From: Pseudogymnoascus verrucosus
Taxonomy: Eukaryota
Direction: 5' to 3' (one strand)
DNA length: 64,000 bases
Assembly: GCA_001662655.1 (NCBI GenBank)
Contig: KV460223.1
The position numbers were made by a program, and so were the translations under genes. This document shows positions 49,531-62,944 of this stretch, piece by piece (positions within the stretch are counted from its first letter, which is position 1; each line of letters begins with the position of its first letter). The notes under the pieces are model-generated. The model made no database searches, had not been told where the DNA came from, and saw nothing but the letters and a program-made list of their open reading frames with translations.

Positions 49531-50542
49531 ATACGAGGGGTTGGCTTGGATCTCATTTGGCGTTTCATTCCCTATTAATACCTACCTACTGGTTGTCTAT
49601 CAGCTGCGCTATAGCTATCAGTAATGCATAAGACTCTGATATACCGTTGCCCTGTTCAAGCTGCATAATTGCCCCAATATGGCAATTCAGATTTGCTGTA
49701 ACAGTGCTACATTTTGGAGCAGCCCCATAATATTTGCCTTAATAGGAAAGAAGACCCCTGGTAGGCTTGGCATCATAATTGCCTACCTACTCTAATAGGT
49801 ATTATAGTTCTTACCTACTACGGTATAACAGCCCCATTTGCGTGTAAGAATTCGTTTTTATTACTATATACAGTTATCCCTAATTCTGAGCGATATTTTT
49901 ACTATCTTCTTCTTTACTACGAGCAGACAGGGTTCCTGTGCTGCTAGATTTAGAACAGAGCAGCTTCTGAATTGGCCGGCCTATTGTTGCTTTGAACGTA
50001 TCAAATTGTATGAGATGTGATATCCCCTATGGTAGTAGCCCCTCGTGCATCGAATAAATATATAGAGCACATGGTCTAGTTATTCCAGCTAGAAGCACAG
50101 ATTCTGTAAATCACAGCCTTGTCCTTGAATTCACGTCTCATCGTCATTGATTTGGTAGGGATCCTGAACGCCATTTACCCGTAAAGCTAGCACATGCCCG
50201 GGCCGCATCAACGTTAATCCGCCGGCTATTCCACCGCGGTAAATCCAGGGCACATGCGGGGGAATCCCCAGATTCTATCCTCGCCCCATTGCGGAGCCTG
50301 TCCGCGACCGGGGATTTCCAATCCGTATAAATCCGTCTTGGCTTGTTTCTTGCTTCTTTCTTATCTGTTGTCGTCTATATAATTGCATCTGAGCTCGTAA
50401 TTAATAATTGTCACCCTTTTTCGCCGAACATTGCACTCCGTAAAGCTCGGGGGATCAACTACCGAAAGCTTGGATTAAGATAGTCCTTTGGAGATATATT
50501 GGACCCGCCCCCAAAGAAACTTTACTCCAACACCTTGAAATC

Positions 50543-52221
50543 ATGGCTCTCACTGGTGAGGAAGTTGCGAAGCACAATTCGAAGGATTCATTATGGGTTA
50601 TTATCCATGGAAAGGTAGGATACATTTTCTCGAAAGATTATTACATACTGACCTGACACAGGCATACGATGTGACCGAATTCGCACCTGGTGAGCCATTT
50701 CCTAAGCCGACATGATCGGTGAACTAATGAAAGCAGAGCACCCTGGTGGAATGGGCATTATCCTCAAGTATGCGGTATGTTATTGCCCCTCAAAGCATGC
50801 ACATGGCAAGTATTAATTCCAACAGGGAAAAGATGCCACCGAGACGTACGAGCCAATCCACCCTCCGGACACCCTGGACAAATACCTCGACAAGTCGAAG
50901 CACCTAGGCCCAGTGGACATGGCTACCGTAGCAGAAGTAGCACAAGAGATTGACCCCGATGAGGTGGCAAGACAGGACAGGATAGCACACATGCCCAGCC
51001 TAGAGCAATGCTACAACATGATGGACTTTGAGTCCGTTGCCAGCCGAGTCATGAAGAAGACTGCCTGGGCATACTACTCCAGTGGTGCAGATGATGAGAT
51101 TGTATGTCTTCACCTCCCTCTCAAGATGATCGCTAACCTTTCAGACAATGCGCGAGAACCACTCCGCCTTCCACAAAATCTGGTTCAGGCCCCGCATCCT
51201 CGTCGACGTCGAGAAAGTCGATTTCTCCACCACCATGCTCGGCACCAAAGTCGACATCCCCTTCTACGTGACCGCCACCGCGCTCGGCAAACTAGGCCAC
51301 CCAGAGGGCGAAGTAATCTTCACCAAAGCCGCCAAAAAGCACAACGTCATCCAGATGATCCCCACCCTAGCCTCCTGCTCCTTCGACCAAATCGTCGACG
51401 CCGCCGAGGGCGACCAAGTCCAATGGCTCCAACTCTACGTCAACAAGGACCGTGCAATCACCAAGAAGATCATCCAGCACGCCGAGGCCCGCGGCTGCAA
51501 GGGCCTCTTCATCACCGTCGACGCCCCGCAACTCGGCCGCAGAGAGAAGGACATGCGCAGCAAGTTCACCGAGCAGGGCTCCAACGTGCAGTCCTCCAGC
51601 GGCGCGGTGACGGATAACTCGCAGGGTGCCGCCCGCGCCATCTCGTCGTTCATCGATCCCTCCCTCAGCTGGAAGGATATCCCCTGGTTCCAGAGCGTGA
51701 CCAAGATGCCCATCATCCTCAAGGGCGTGCAGTGCGTCGAGGACGTGCTCCAAGCCGTCGAGGTTGGCGTCCAGGGTGTCGTCCTCTCGAACCATGGGGG
51801 TCGCCAACTCGATTTCGCGAGATCGGGAATCGAGGTCCTGGCGGAGGTTATGCCGATTCTGCGCGACCGCGGTCTCCAAGATAAGATTGAGATTTACATT
51901 GATGGCGGCGTGCGTCGCGCGACGGATATCATCAAGGCTATGTGCATGGGTGCTAAGGGCGTGGGAATCGGGAGGCCGTTCTTGTTCGCTATGTCGGCGT
52001 ATGGGTTGGCCGGCGTGGATAAGGCGATGCAGTTGCTGAAGGATGAGATGGAGATGAATATGAGACTCATTGGGTGCAGTAGCATTGATCAGCTCAACCC
52101 GTCGCTGATTGATTCGCGCGCGCTGAACTCGCATGCTACGTCTGTGCCGTGGGATACGCTGAGTGTGTCTTCATACGACCCGTTGGTCAGCCCGCAGAAC
52201 AGGGTTAAGTCGAAGCTTTAG
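50543..52221 (+). CDS. CYB2: Flavocytochrome b2 (cytochrome b5 domain plus FMN-dependent alpha-hydroxy acid dehydrogenase) with C-terminal PTS1
   Basis: b5 domain EVAKHN..WVIIHGK..EHPGG; YYSSGADDE; SNHGGRQLD; DGGVRRATD; ends ...RVKSKL*. Four introns. Confidence 0.92.
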
Positions 52222-52501
52222 TTAGGATAGACAAGGTTTGACAATGGGGGACTTTTTGCATCAATAGGATTTTTGGTTGTATAGAAAGGTTTTAAGGCGG
52301 ACTTTATAATTCCACCCATTTCACGTTGGAAATGGTATTTGTTTTGTAGGGGCTATATCTTTATCTCTAAAGTAAAGCAGAAATAACTTTTTACGATAAT
52401 CTTTGTTTTGATCCGAAGGGTGTTCAGCCCTGCCTCTTTTGATTTTTTTGATGCCGTACCCAATGCTAATGGTAAATCGCAACAATATCACATCACACCC
52501 T

Positions 52502-54154
<1,653 letters not shown>

Positions 54155-54271
54155 TGTGTATATGGATTTTTGTGATTGTGAGTGGAATTGACTTTCAGTG
54201 GAGAGGGTGAGTGTAACGGAACAGTGTGGTGATGGGAATAGCTGCTTACTAAAGCTGGACGAATCAGAATG

Positions 54272-54293
54272 TGAGTCAATGAAAATCGAGTCA
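54272..54293 (-). promoter_or_regulatory. CpcA/Gcn4-type response elements upstream of homocitrate synthase
   Basis: TGAGTCA at 54272-54278 and GAGTCA at 54288-54293, about 120-140 bp upstream of the ATG of an amino-acid biosynthesis gene. Confidence 0.6.
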
Positions 54294-54657
54294 CCCAAGT
54301 TTACTTGGTAAGGCAAAGTTAAGGCAAAATTCCCCTTGGGCAAGGCAAAGGACCAATACCCCGCCCCGAATATCGGAGAGGTTTATCCGTGGTGGGGGTG
54401 TGACGTAGAAAAAGTGGCGGTTTGTGGTTTTGGTAGGGGGAGGATACGGCGGTGGCGTTTCGACTTTTGTGCAGAGATTGCGGGGTGGACACGTGATCAG
54501 TTAGGTGGGAGGGAAATCAGGAAAGTCAGGTGATAAGGGCCAGTCTCCCGCTATTGAGTAAGAATTGATGTATTACTGCCTATGTAATTTACCCCTAGGA
54601 TTTACTGATATTCCGTACAGTGATCACGTGACGTCACGTGACTATTACAACACCCGC

Positions 54658-54873
54658 TGTCACGGCCACGCTAGACAGCACTCAGCACGCCGAACACGCT
54701 GGACAGCGTCCCTCACAACCGCGGACGCCTAAGTACGCCACTGTACTCAGGGCACGCATATGTATAGTAATAGTAGGCTCCTTGTAGAAGGAGCATTTAA
54801 CGTCTTATCAATATAATTTATGATCATGGCAAAATTGAATAGCTATGCCTCCATGTTCTACCTACTCCGTACA
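54658..54873. mobile_element. Possible solo LTR relic
   Basis: 216-bp segment bounded by TGTCACGG...CCGTACA (imperfect inverted TG..CA ends) with an internal TATA-like stretch. No target-site duplication is visible. Confidence 0.3.
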
Positions 54874-55879
54874 TAGCAAAGACCTCACTCTCACTCCCTT
54901 GGGAGCGAGAGAGACGAGAAATATCATGATGCCCACATGTCTAGAGGGTATAATCCGTTTCATCCCGTTACCTCGCTAAAACGTTTATGGGTTGCAAGGA
55001 TAAGTCCAGGAGAAGATGGGTTCAGCAAACACTCCGCGGACATCTGGGGAAGGGTAATCGGGACCATCTAGTAGACCATCTGTAAGGGATAATCGGGACC
55101 ATCCGATGGATCATCCAGTGGATCATCCAGTGGGTCATCTAGTGAGGGGATGATCGAGACCATCCCTGTAGGTAGTCCCTATCCTCTAAAAAGTAGAGCA
55201 CTTAAGCTATTACACTACGCTCCTAAGAAAGAAGGCAAGTCATAGCCCATTCGACTTGAAGTTTCTAGTTAGAACCCTTATTTTAGTCTTAGAAACTTAT
55301 AAGACAATCTATTTTTACTTTCTTTTTCTCATGTAAACCTGCTCTTACTAGACCAGAGTTGATGTTTCATGTTAATCTTGCACGTCAATGTTGAGAATCG
55401 ACGCTGTCGATGTTTGTACTTCGTTTTTTAATGCTGAGACGGATAGGAGGCTGCTAAAAAGGGCAGCTTTCGTTGTTGTTTTACGCAGCTCGCTTTTCCT
55501 AATTTCAATACTCTTACATCCCATATTAAGCGCCAGGACAACTATTTGTGGTTCACGTCGCAACGCGTTCATGCATACTGCTGCCAACTCGTCCGACCTG
55601 CATGCATGCCTTGATCACTGCGGGGCCACGACAGCCAAAACTAGCCATCACCCAACATCATCATCAATATTACAACCAGCTCCATTGCTCTTGTCCTTGG
55701 TCTCATAGACTGGCGCACATCTATTCTGATACTTATCGCTCGCTGTTACAGTTTATCATCTTATCGAGCATCTCGATGCGATCGTGTCAAACACTGACGG
55801 CCCCACAACTGTAAGAACAACAAAAGCGACGACGACGACGACGACGACGGGACGATCGGGACTACAGACTTATGGCAGT

Positions 55880-58800
55880 ATGACTACTCCGGCACCAAAC
55901 AGGCTCTCCGACAGCAAGCGAGACCGTCTTTATAACATACTACGCCGATCCAAAAAAACCGAAACCTTTCCATCGCCAAATGCACCAACTTCCACTTCGA
56001 TTGGGCAACAAACGTCAACCCCGTTGGCTCCAGCTTTAGCATCTCATAAACAGCTTGCTTCGAATAAATTGACCTCCGCTATACCCTTAACCAGTATAAC
56101 TTCTGATACCACTTTGATCCCTACAAAGGCAGCTTTAATCCCCGTCTCGTCCAGCCTTTCTTCTACCTCTCAAATTGCAACTGTGCAGCAGTCAACTCCT
56201 GTCTCTCAGCAGCGAATTGGTACGGTTACAAATTTCTGTATTGTGTCCAACATTAGTTTTGACAATACGTAAACCTTTCTGTCCCCATAAAAGCTTGATG
56301 GTAACCAGAAACATCACAGATCGAATTAAACTTTCGCCATTAATCAAGACTCCCCATAAGAATCCCAGGGTCATCAAAGCCCAAGAGGAACTCCAAAGGG
56401 TCACAGAAGAGCTCCAGGCTGAGCTTGTGAATTATGAAAAGACATTTCCTGGCCCCATTCTCGTCAAGGACGAAGATATTACTTCCTCTGGGTCATTACC
56501 GACCCAAGTCGCCACAGATTTTGGAAAGGTGGTCGCGCAAGCACTATCCGATCACAAAATAGGAGAATCTACTGTAGGAGGGAAGGTGATAGGATTCATG
56601 GAAAAGCTATATCCTATTACAAACATTGTGTTGGGTATTGTATCATTTGGGGCAGATGTGAGTTGTGGCTGTCTTAGCTATCCTCTACTCGTGGAGGGCG
56701 TGGTTTGTTAACTGATCATTCAAACTAGGCAGCGGGAGTTGTACCATTGAAGCTAGCAGCAAACACGCTGAATGTGATTGTCAACGTAAGTCTTACAAAC
56801 CTCTAATAGTTATTTGCTATATTTACAGACAGCTGAATACAATTGCAACAGCAAGCAGCTAAACAACAAACTCGCTCCAACGGGGTTATTGATTGCTTGA
56901 ACAAATTAGACACATACCAGTCTTTCTTCCAAAATATCAATCGGCTCGGATACATCCAGGTCTCTGATAATATGCTAGAAGTGTCCACGAATCTTCTTGC
57001 AGGAATCATGGGAACCTTGCGAATTAGCCTTGCTTCCCTGCGGACCAGTTTCGTCGTCAACATAGCCAAGGCAGTCAGAGGAGATGATTTTGCGGATTCG
57101 CAACAAGCGCTAACCACAGCAATGGAGGCCCTTGACCGAGCTATTCAACAGGAGCTTCTCTTTGACGAGAAGGAACGGAAGTGGAAAGATGAATGTAAAA
57201 AAACCTTAGACTTCTTATCTAAAATACCCGCAGGTAAGATGCATCATGATATACGGAACCGTCGCTTGGAGCATTCAGGGGAGTGGATAATCAAGAATGA
57301 GACATTTCAGAAATGGATGAATGGAGATCTTAAGACGCTGTGGTGTCCTGGAAAGCGTAAGCACTTTCTTTAAATCAACCTTAACAGAGCTAAAGTTCCA
57401 TGTAGCTGGTGCTGGGAAGACCTTTCTGGCGTAAGAACTCACCCTTTATGTCTTGTTGCCTTGCTAATATATAGCTTAGGTCCGTTATCATTGATCACTG
57501 CCGGACTGTATATGGCTCAAGCAATACAGAAAACGAGTCAGTAGGGATTGCTTGGATGTACTTCAACTACAATGACCAGAATGCTAACAGCATGGGTCAA
57601 GTGATTGCGAGTCTTACGAAGCAACTGATTGCTTCAGTAACCCCTGAGATAGGAAAGAGCATAATGGAGGATGCTATTGAATTTCGCGAGGAACACAACT
57701 CTGGATCACCAGGCCCGGACGACTACTTTATGCTCCTGTCCAAGGTGATTAGAAGTATGCAGAAAACTATTTTGATTCTCGATGCGCTAGACGAGTGTGC
57801 GGACAAAGACTCAAAACGTGTTAACCGCGTATGGTTAATAAAATCACTATTAACGTTAGGGGTTCAGATGTTGGTAACTTCTCGAGAGATGCCTGCAATT
57901 GAAGCGCTATTTGAACAAGCTCCCGACTTCGCTATGCTTGCAATCAGTCCAGCTAGTCAAGATATCAAGTCGTACATCCAGTGGAGAATATATGATATGA
58001 AGTACGGGAGTCCTAACCTTCGTCATCTTCTTAAAGAGAATCAATCCCTAGAAGAAAAATTATTCAAGCAGTGGTGGAAAAGTATTCTGAAATGTATAGA
58101 TCCTTTGCATTTGAACGGTAAATCTTGCTAATCCATACGTATAGCTTTAATCTAGCGCGTTTACAAATGGACACCATTAGCGAGTTTACAACAAAGGGAG
58201 AAGTGCAAGAAGCTCTCGAGACCCTTCCAATGGAAGAAAGCGAGTTTTATGGTCAGGCCATTAAACGAATCAAAAATCAGAAACATCATTCGGACAAGGC
58301 ATTGCGTATATTAGCCTGGACTCTCTGTGCCAAAAGGCCATTGTCTGTGCGAGAGATGCAACTCGCTGCAGGAATTAAGCCACGTGAATATCGTGAGGAC
58401 TTCGAAGACTTTACACTCAAAAAGAACGATATAGTTGATTTTTGTGGCGGCCTCGTACTTGTTAATTCTGATAGTGGAACTGTGGCATTCGCACACTTAA
58501 CCATTAATGAATATCTCCAGAGCGCATCTAAGAGTATATTCCCAACAGAACCTGACACAGTCATTGCTAGCACCTGCTTCACTTACCTCTCGTTCTATCC
58601 CTTTAAGAGCGGCAGCTGTCCTAGTGACAAGGAATTCGAGAGCAGACTTGAACAGAATGTTCTCTTGGATTATGCTTCTCGACACTGGGGTGAGCATGCA
58701 GAGTCAGTTCAAGACCGGGTGCTTGATGAGGCGCGCATTTTCTTAATGGATGACGATTTGGTTTCCTGTGCTGTGCAGACCATGTCAGCCCCAGGTAACG

Positions 58801-59450
58801 AATGGAAAAAAATTCGGAGGGGTTATAGTCCGAGGGGTTATAGTCAAAGATTTCCCAAACGAACAACAGGCCTGCATTTGACTGCAAGATTTGGATTGTT
58901 GTACTTGTCAGAAAGGCTGCTATTGCAACTGAGTAAGAATATTAATATCTCAGCCAACTCTAAGGACGAGCACAGCCGGACGCCACTCTCGTGGGCTGCA
59001 GAGAACGGGCACGAGGCTATAGTCAAGCTGCTGCTCGAGCAGAAGGCTGAGGTCGACTCGAAGGACACACATTGGGGTCGGACACCGCTCTCGTGGGCTG
59101 CAGGGAACGGGCACGAGGCTATAGTCAAGCTGCTGCTCGAGCAGAAGGCTGAGGTCGACTCGAAGGACAGTAATGGTCGGACACCGCTCTCGTGGGCTGC
59201 AGGGAACGGGCACGAGGCTATAGTCAAGCTGCTGCTCGAGCAGAAGGCTGAGGTCGACTCGAAGGACAGTAATGGTCGGACACCGCTCTCGTGGGCTGCA
59301 GGGAACGGGCACGAGGCTATAGTCAAGCTGCTGCTCGAGCAGAAGGCTGAGGTCGACTCGAAGGACGGGGATGGCCGGAAACCGCTCTCGTGGGCTGTAG
59401 AGAACGGGCACGAGGCTATAGTCAAGCTGCTGCTCGAAAAAGGGCGCTAA
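55880..59450 (+). pseudogene. Fungal NLR-like gene (helical N-terminus, NACHT, winged helix, ankyrin repeats) with an apparent 1-bp frameshift
   Basis: Walker A CPGK|PGAGKTFLA split by introns; Walker B ILILDALDEC; LVTSR; DIKSYI; FAHLTINEYL; five near-identical ankyrin repeats. The frame breaks at the A5 run at 58055-58059. It could be an intact gene with a sequencing error. Confidence 0.8.
58977..59450 (+). repeat. Five near-identical 99-102 bp ankyrin-coding repeats
   Basis: Units start at 58977, 59079, 59178, 59277 and 59376 and share CTCTCGTGGGCTG...GGGCACGAGGCTATAGTCAAGCTGCTGCTCGA. Confidence 0.95.
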
Positions 59451-60640
59451 GTAGATGTAAAGAATAGCTCGCGCTAAGGTAGATGCAAAGGATAGCAATG
59501 GCTGGACGCCGCTATCCTAGGCGGCAGACAAGGGGTATGAGGTAGTGGAACAGCTTTTACTCAAGCGAGGAGCTTTGGTAGGTAGAAGATCTTTATGGGC
59601 TTATAGCGCTATTTACATTTTGATCATTATCTACTTAGCTTTTCCCACCCGCCTCCAAAGTTTAGCCTCTTGTTATATACTTCTGCCTAGTTTCTATGAA
59701 TTTCTAGAAGCTATTATTGATATTGAATCACTAACACTATAGCATTAAGCTGCAAGTTAATTTTAAAACAAAGATGATATAATCAGGAGAAACCTGTTAA
59801 TATGTGCATTAACTGTTTGAAGTGGAAATGTCGTCCTCATTTTGAATAGTTTGCTAACAAATGTTTTATAAGAATTCTACAACATTTTTACCTTTCACTT
59901 GTCTTAAGTCACTTTACATACAATATCCTATGTAAAAATACTTATATAATTACATATGAGATGGTACACTCTGGTTCCTAATAGCACACTCCGCTTATTC
60001 TAGCCTCTGGTCATGACGATCGCTGCTCTGTGATCGTGTCTTGGGACGGCGGCAACAGCGTTAGCGTTAGCGACGAGGATCACTCCCCTGTACTAGTCTA
60101 AAGCATGGCGATGGCACCCTCGCCATCATCCCGGCGTCAAATAACGGGCACCACTCTCTTCGGCGTGGATATAATGGGGCTTAGTCCCTTCAGCGTGAGC
60201 GTCTATAGTCGCTCACTTCCGCGCGTGTTACTATACCATATTCGCAACTTGCGCCAAGCGATCGCTAGCATCACCATCAGCCATGGTAGGTATCACCCTG
60301 AGAACAGTCCGCGCGTCGACACAGACAAGAATAGCTGCAACAGTCAAATGCCTGCCATATGCCCGACAAAGGTTTCCACAAGAAACAGAAACACCTCCGG
60401 AGGATTCTGCCGGTCGATAGAGTTGGCGGGGATATACGATCCACCATTCACGGCGATTCTTGAAACTTTAGAGTGTTTTCATTTAAGTTAATTACCCTGA
60501 GTGTAGATCTTCAACCTCAATTATTCCGAAGCTATACATATGATAAAACATCACTCTGGAGTGTTTATAAAGATGTTTCCCCGCCGTCGAAAGGAAGTAC
60601 TTGCTAAGAATCACACTTCTCCAGCTTGAATATCCCAATA

Positions 60641-61425
60641 ATGCGTTCTTCTACGTTGTTATCACTGGTGGGGTTGGCAGCAACAGCCTCAGCTCACGGG
60701 TTTGTCTCCCCAACGTCCTGTTTCGAATACATTACTGACCTCCTCACAGTCATGTTCACTACCACGTACTGGGCACTCAGACCTACACCGGCTACCTCCC
60801 CACCAAAACTCCGGATTTCACAGCCGATGCCCCCAGCATCGTGCGACGGGTTGGCAGCGATGGGCCGGTCGAGCTTCTGACCGGCGCCGAAATGGCATGC
60901 AACTTCAACGCCGTCCCAATCCTCGACGGCGACGTTTCTCGCGTCGGGGCTGTCCAAGCAGGAACAAACATCACATTTGACTGGGACGCTGACTTCCCGC
61001 ACTCCGGGCCAATCTTGACGTATATGGCCAAGTGCGAGCCCGACTGCGGACATTTCACTGGGAATGAAGGGGCCGTCTGGTTCAAGATCGATGAGGCGGC
61101 TTATGGCACGTCGTGGGCGACGCAGACTCTCTTCGATCAGGACAACAAGTGGTACAGCAAGGTCCCCGAGTGTCTCGCGCCAGGCGAGTACCTGATTCGA
61201 CATGAGATTATTGCTCTTTCAGGGTGCGCGAAGATAAACAAGTGCCAGTTTTACCCCAGCTGTGCGCAGGTCAAGGTGGAGGGGAGCGGGACGGTGGTGC
61301 CATCGACTGGTCTGATTGCCTTCCCAGGGGGTTATACGTTTGCGAATGTCAAGTGGGATTCAAACACACAGGCTCCAAAAGACTATGTTCTGCCTGGTCC
61401 CCCAGTCTTCGAGTGTCCGTCTTAA
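60641..61425 (+). CDS. AA9 lytic polysaccharide monooxygenase (no CBM)
   Basis: Signal peptide ending ATASA followed by mature His1 (HG|HVH after an intron at ~60700-60749); HSGPILTYMAKC; WFKIDE; PGEYLIRHEIIAL; QFYPSCAQ; PGPPVF. Confidence 0.92.
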
Positions 61426-61427
61426 AA

Positions 61428-61485
61428 AGTCGGGAAGAGCAGTCGGGAAGAGCAGCCGGGAAGAACAGCCGGGAAGAGCGGTCGG
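61428..61485 (+). repeat. 13-bp tandem repeat (AG(T/C)CGGGAAGAGC), about 4.5 copies, immediately after the LPMO stop
   Basis: Direct inspection. Confidence 0.85.
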
Positions 61486-62944
61486 CATCGTGGAATGGAC
61501 ACGGGAAGTTCTAGGTCCGTTTGTCAATAGAAATTAGCAGAATATGTATGATTTGCAGTATATTTTCCAGTACAGATGTCCTACTTCTCCAACAGCCTCT
61601 AAGCGCAGCCTTGTGATTTCCCACTACTGCAGCAACAAACCGCACCTTACTCCACCTTACTCCCCAACGATCTGTCATACGGCTGTCATTTCCTCTTTAG
61701 TCCAGCCTGACGCACCCAGCGCGCCAAAATACCAGCAGCCGTCCAGTCACTGCGCGTCTGTCCCACATCAGGCGGACAGCGGCAGGAAGGGCGGGAAGCA
61801 AGGGATCGGGGGAACATCCCTTCTGCATCCGACTGCCGACTCCCCCCAACCCAACCCGTCCGATCTCATCGATCAATCTGTAGGTGTCCGAGTCATCATG
61901 TACTGTTACATTGTGCTTACACATGAAATATGCTATAGAGAATCGAATCTATTCTCGATCGTGGTGGCTTCGCAAACAAAGGGATCGGACGACTGCCTGG
62001 AAATGGCCCGTTGTTGTGCGCCAGGGCCGCGGAGCTGGGAGGAATGAAAGGTATGCTTACGTGTCGCTTTGTTTGGAGGTTTATTGAGATGCAAACAGAC
62101 GCCACTGTTAGAGATGAGATGAGTCTCACGATGGGTCGGGCGTCGAGGGAAGGGACAGCCTTCCGTCCTGTCTCTCCTGGCCGTCCCTCGCCTTACAGTG
62201 AAACAACACGGGGATGAAACGTTGAACCACAGATCACAGATATTCACTGTAGATGATACAGATGATAAAGATGATACAAACAGACAGATACTGTATAAAG
62301 TGGACAACTGCCAGCCACTAGTAGCCTTATTGACCGACGATCGATCTGACCAAGAAGCGGGCAATAGGGCTGGTAACATCTCGGACCACCGACGGGCCAG
62401 CCGCACGTCAACACACCCATCCGAATCCAAAACACTGCATATCCCGCCGCCTATCAGTATGTGTACCATACATCCGCCCCGTCACTTCTCTCTTCTCATA
62501 TCACAACATACCCAGCGCCGTGGCAACACCCCACCATCATCATCCTTCTCGAATAAAGCGTTTCCTTTTTCATCTTCTTCCCGCCCTTCTCGTCGCCTGC
62601 GGTCTGGCGATCTCTCGGCCAACTCGCTGAAATGGGATATGTGGTATGCATGTTGGCATATTCCACATTTGAGATCTGATCGTATGCCTAGCCGCGCGCA
62701 TTAGACCCTGAGTGTGAGTTCCTCTTACTGTCTCAGTATATGGAATATATCTTACCCTCCATTTTCCCTTGTTTCGTTTCTTTCGTTTCTTTCGTTTCAT
62801 TCTTTATCTTCACACATTCTCCTTAAAGTCTCATACACACATCTATCTACCTATCTATCTATCTATTGATCTGTCTGAGAAACATCCGCGTCACGGTCCC
62901 GAGCCACAACATTCTCTGCCTGAGTCCTGTCCCTTCGGCCTAGA

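Noticed and set aside
58977..59450. CRISPR-like array
   Set aside because: The context is eukaryotic, and the repeats are in-frame coding units with no unique spacers.
58844..59498. Antisense repetitive ORFs (193 aa and 182 aa)
   Set aside because: They are shadows of the ankyrin repeats on the opposite strand.
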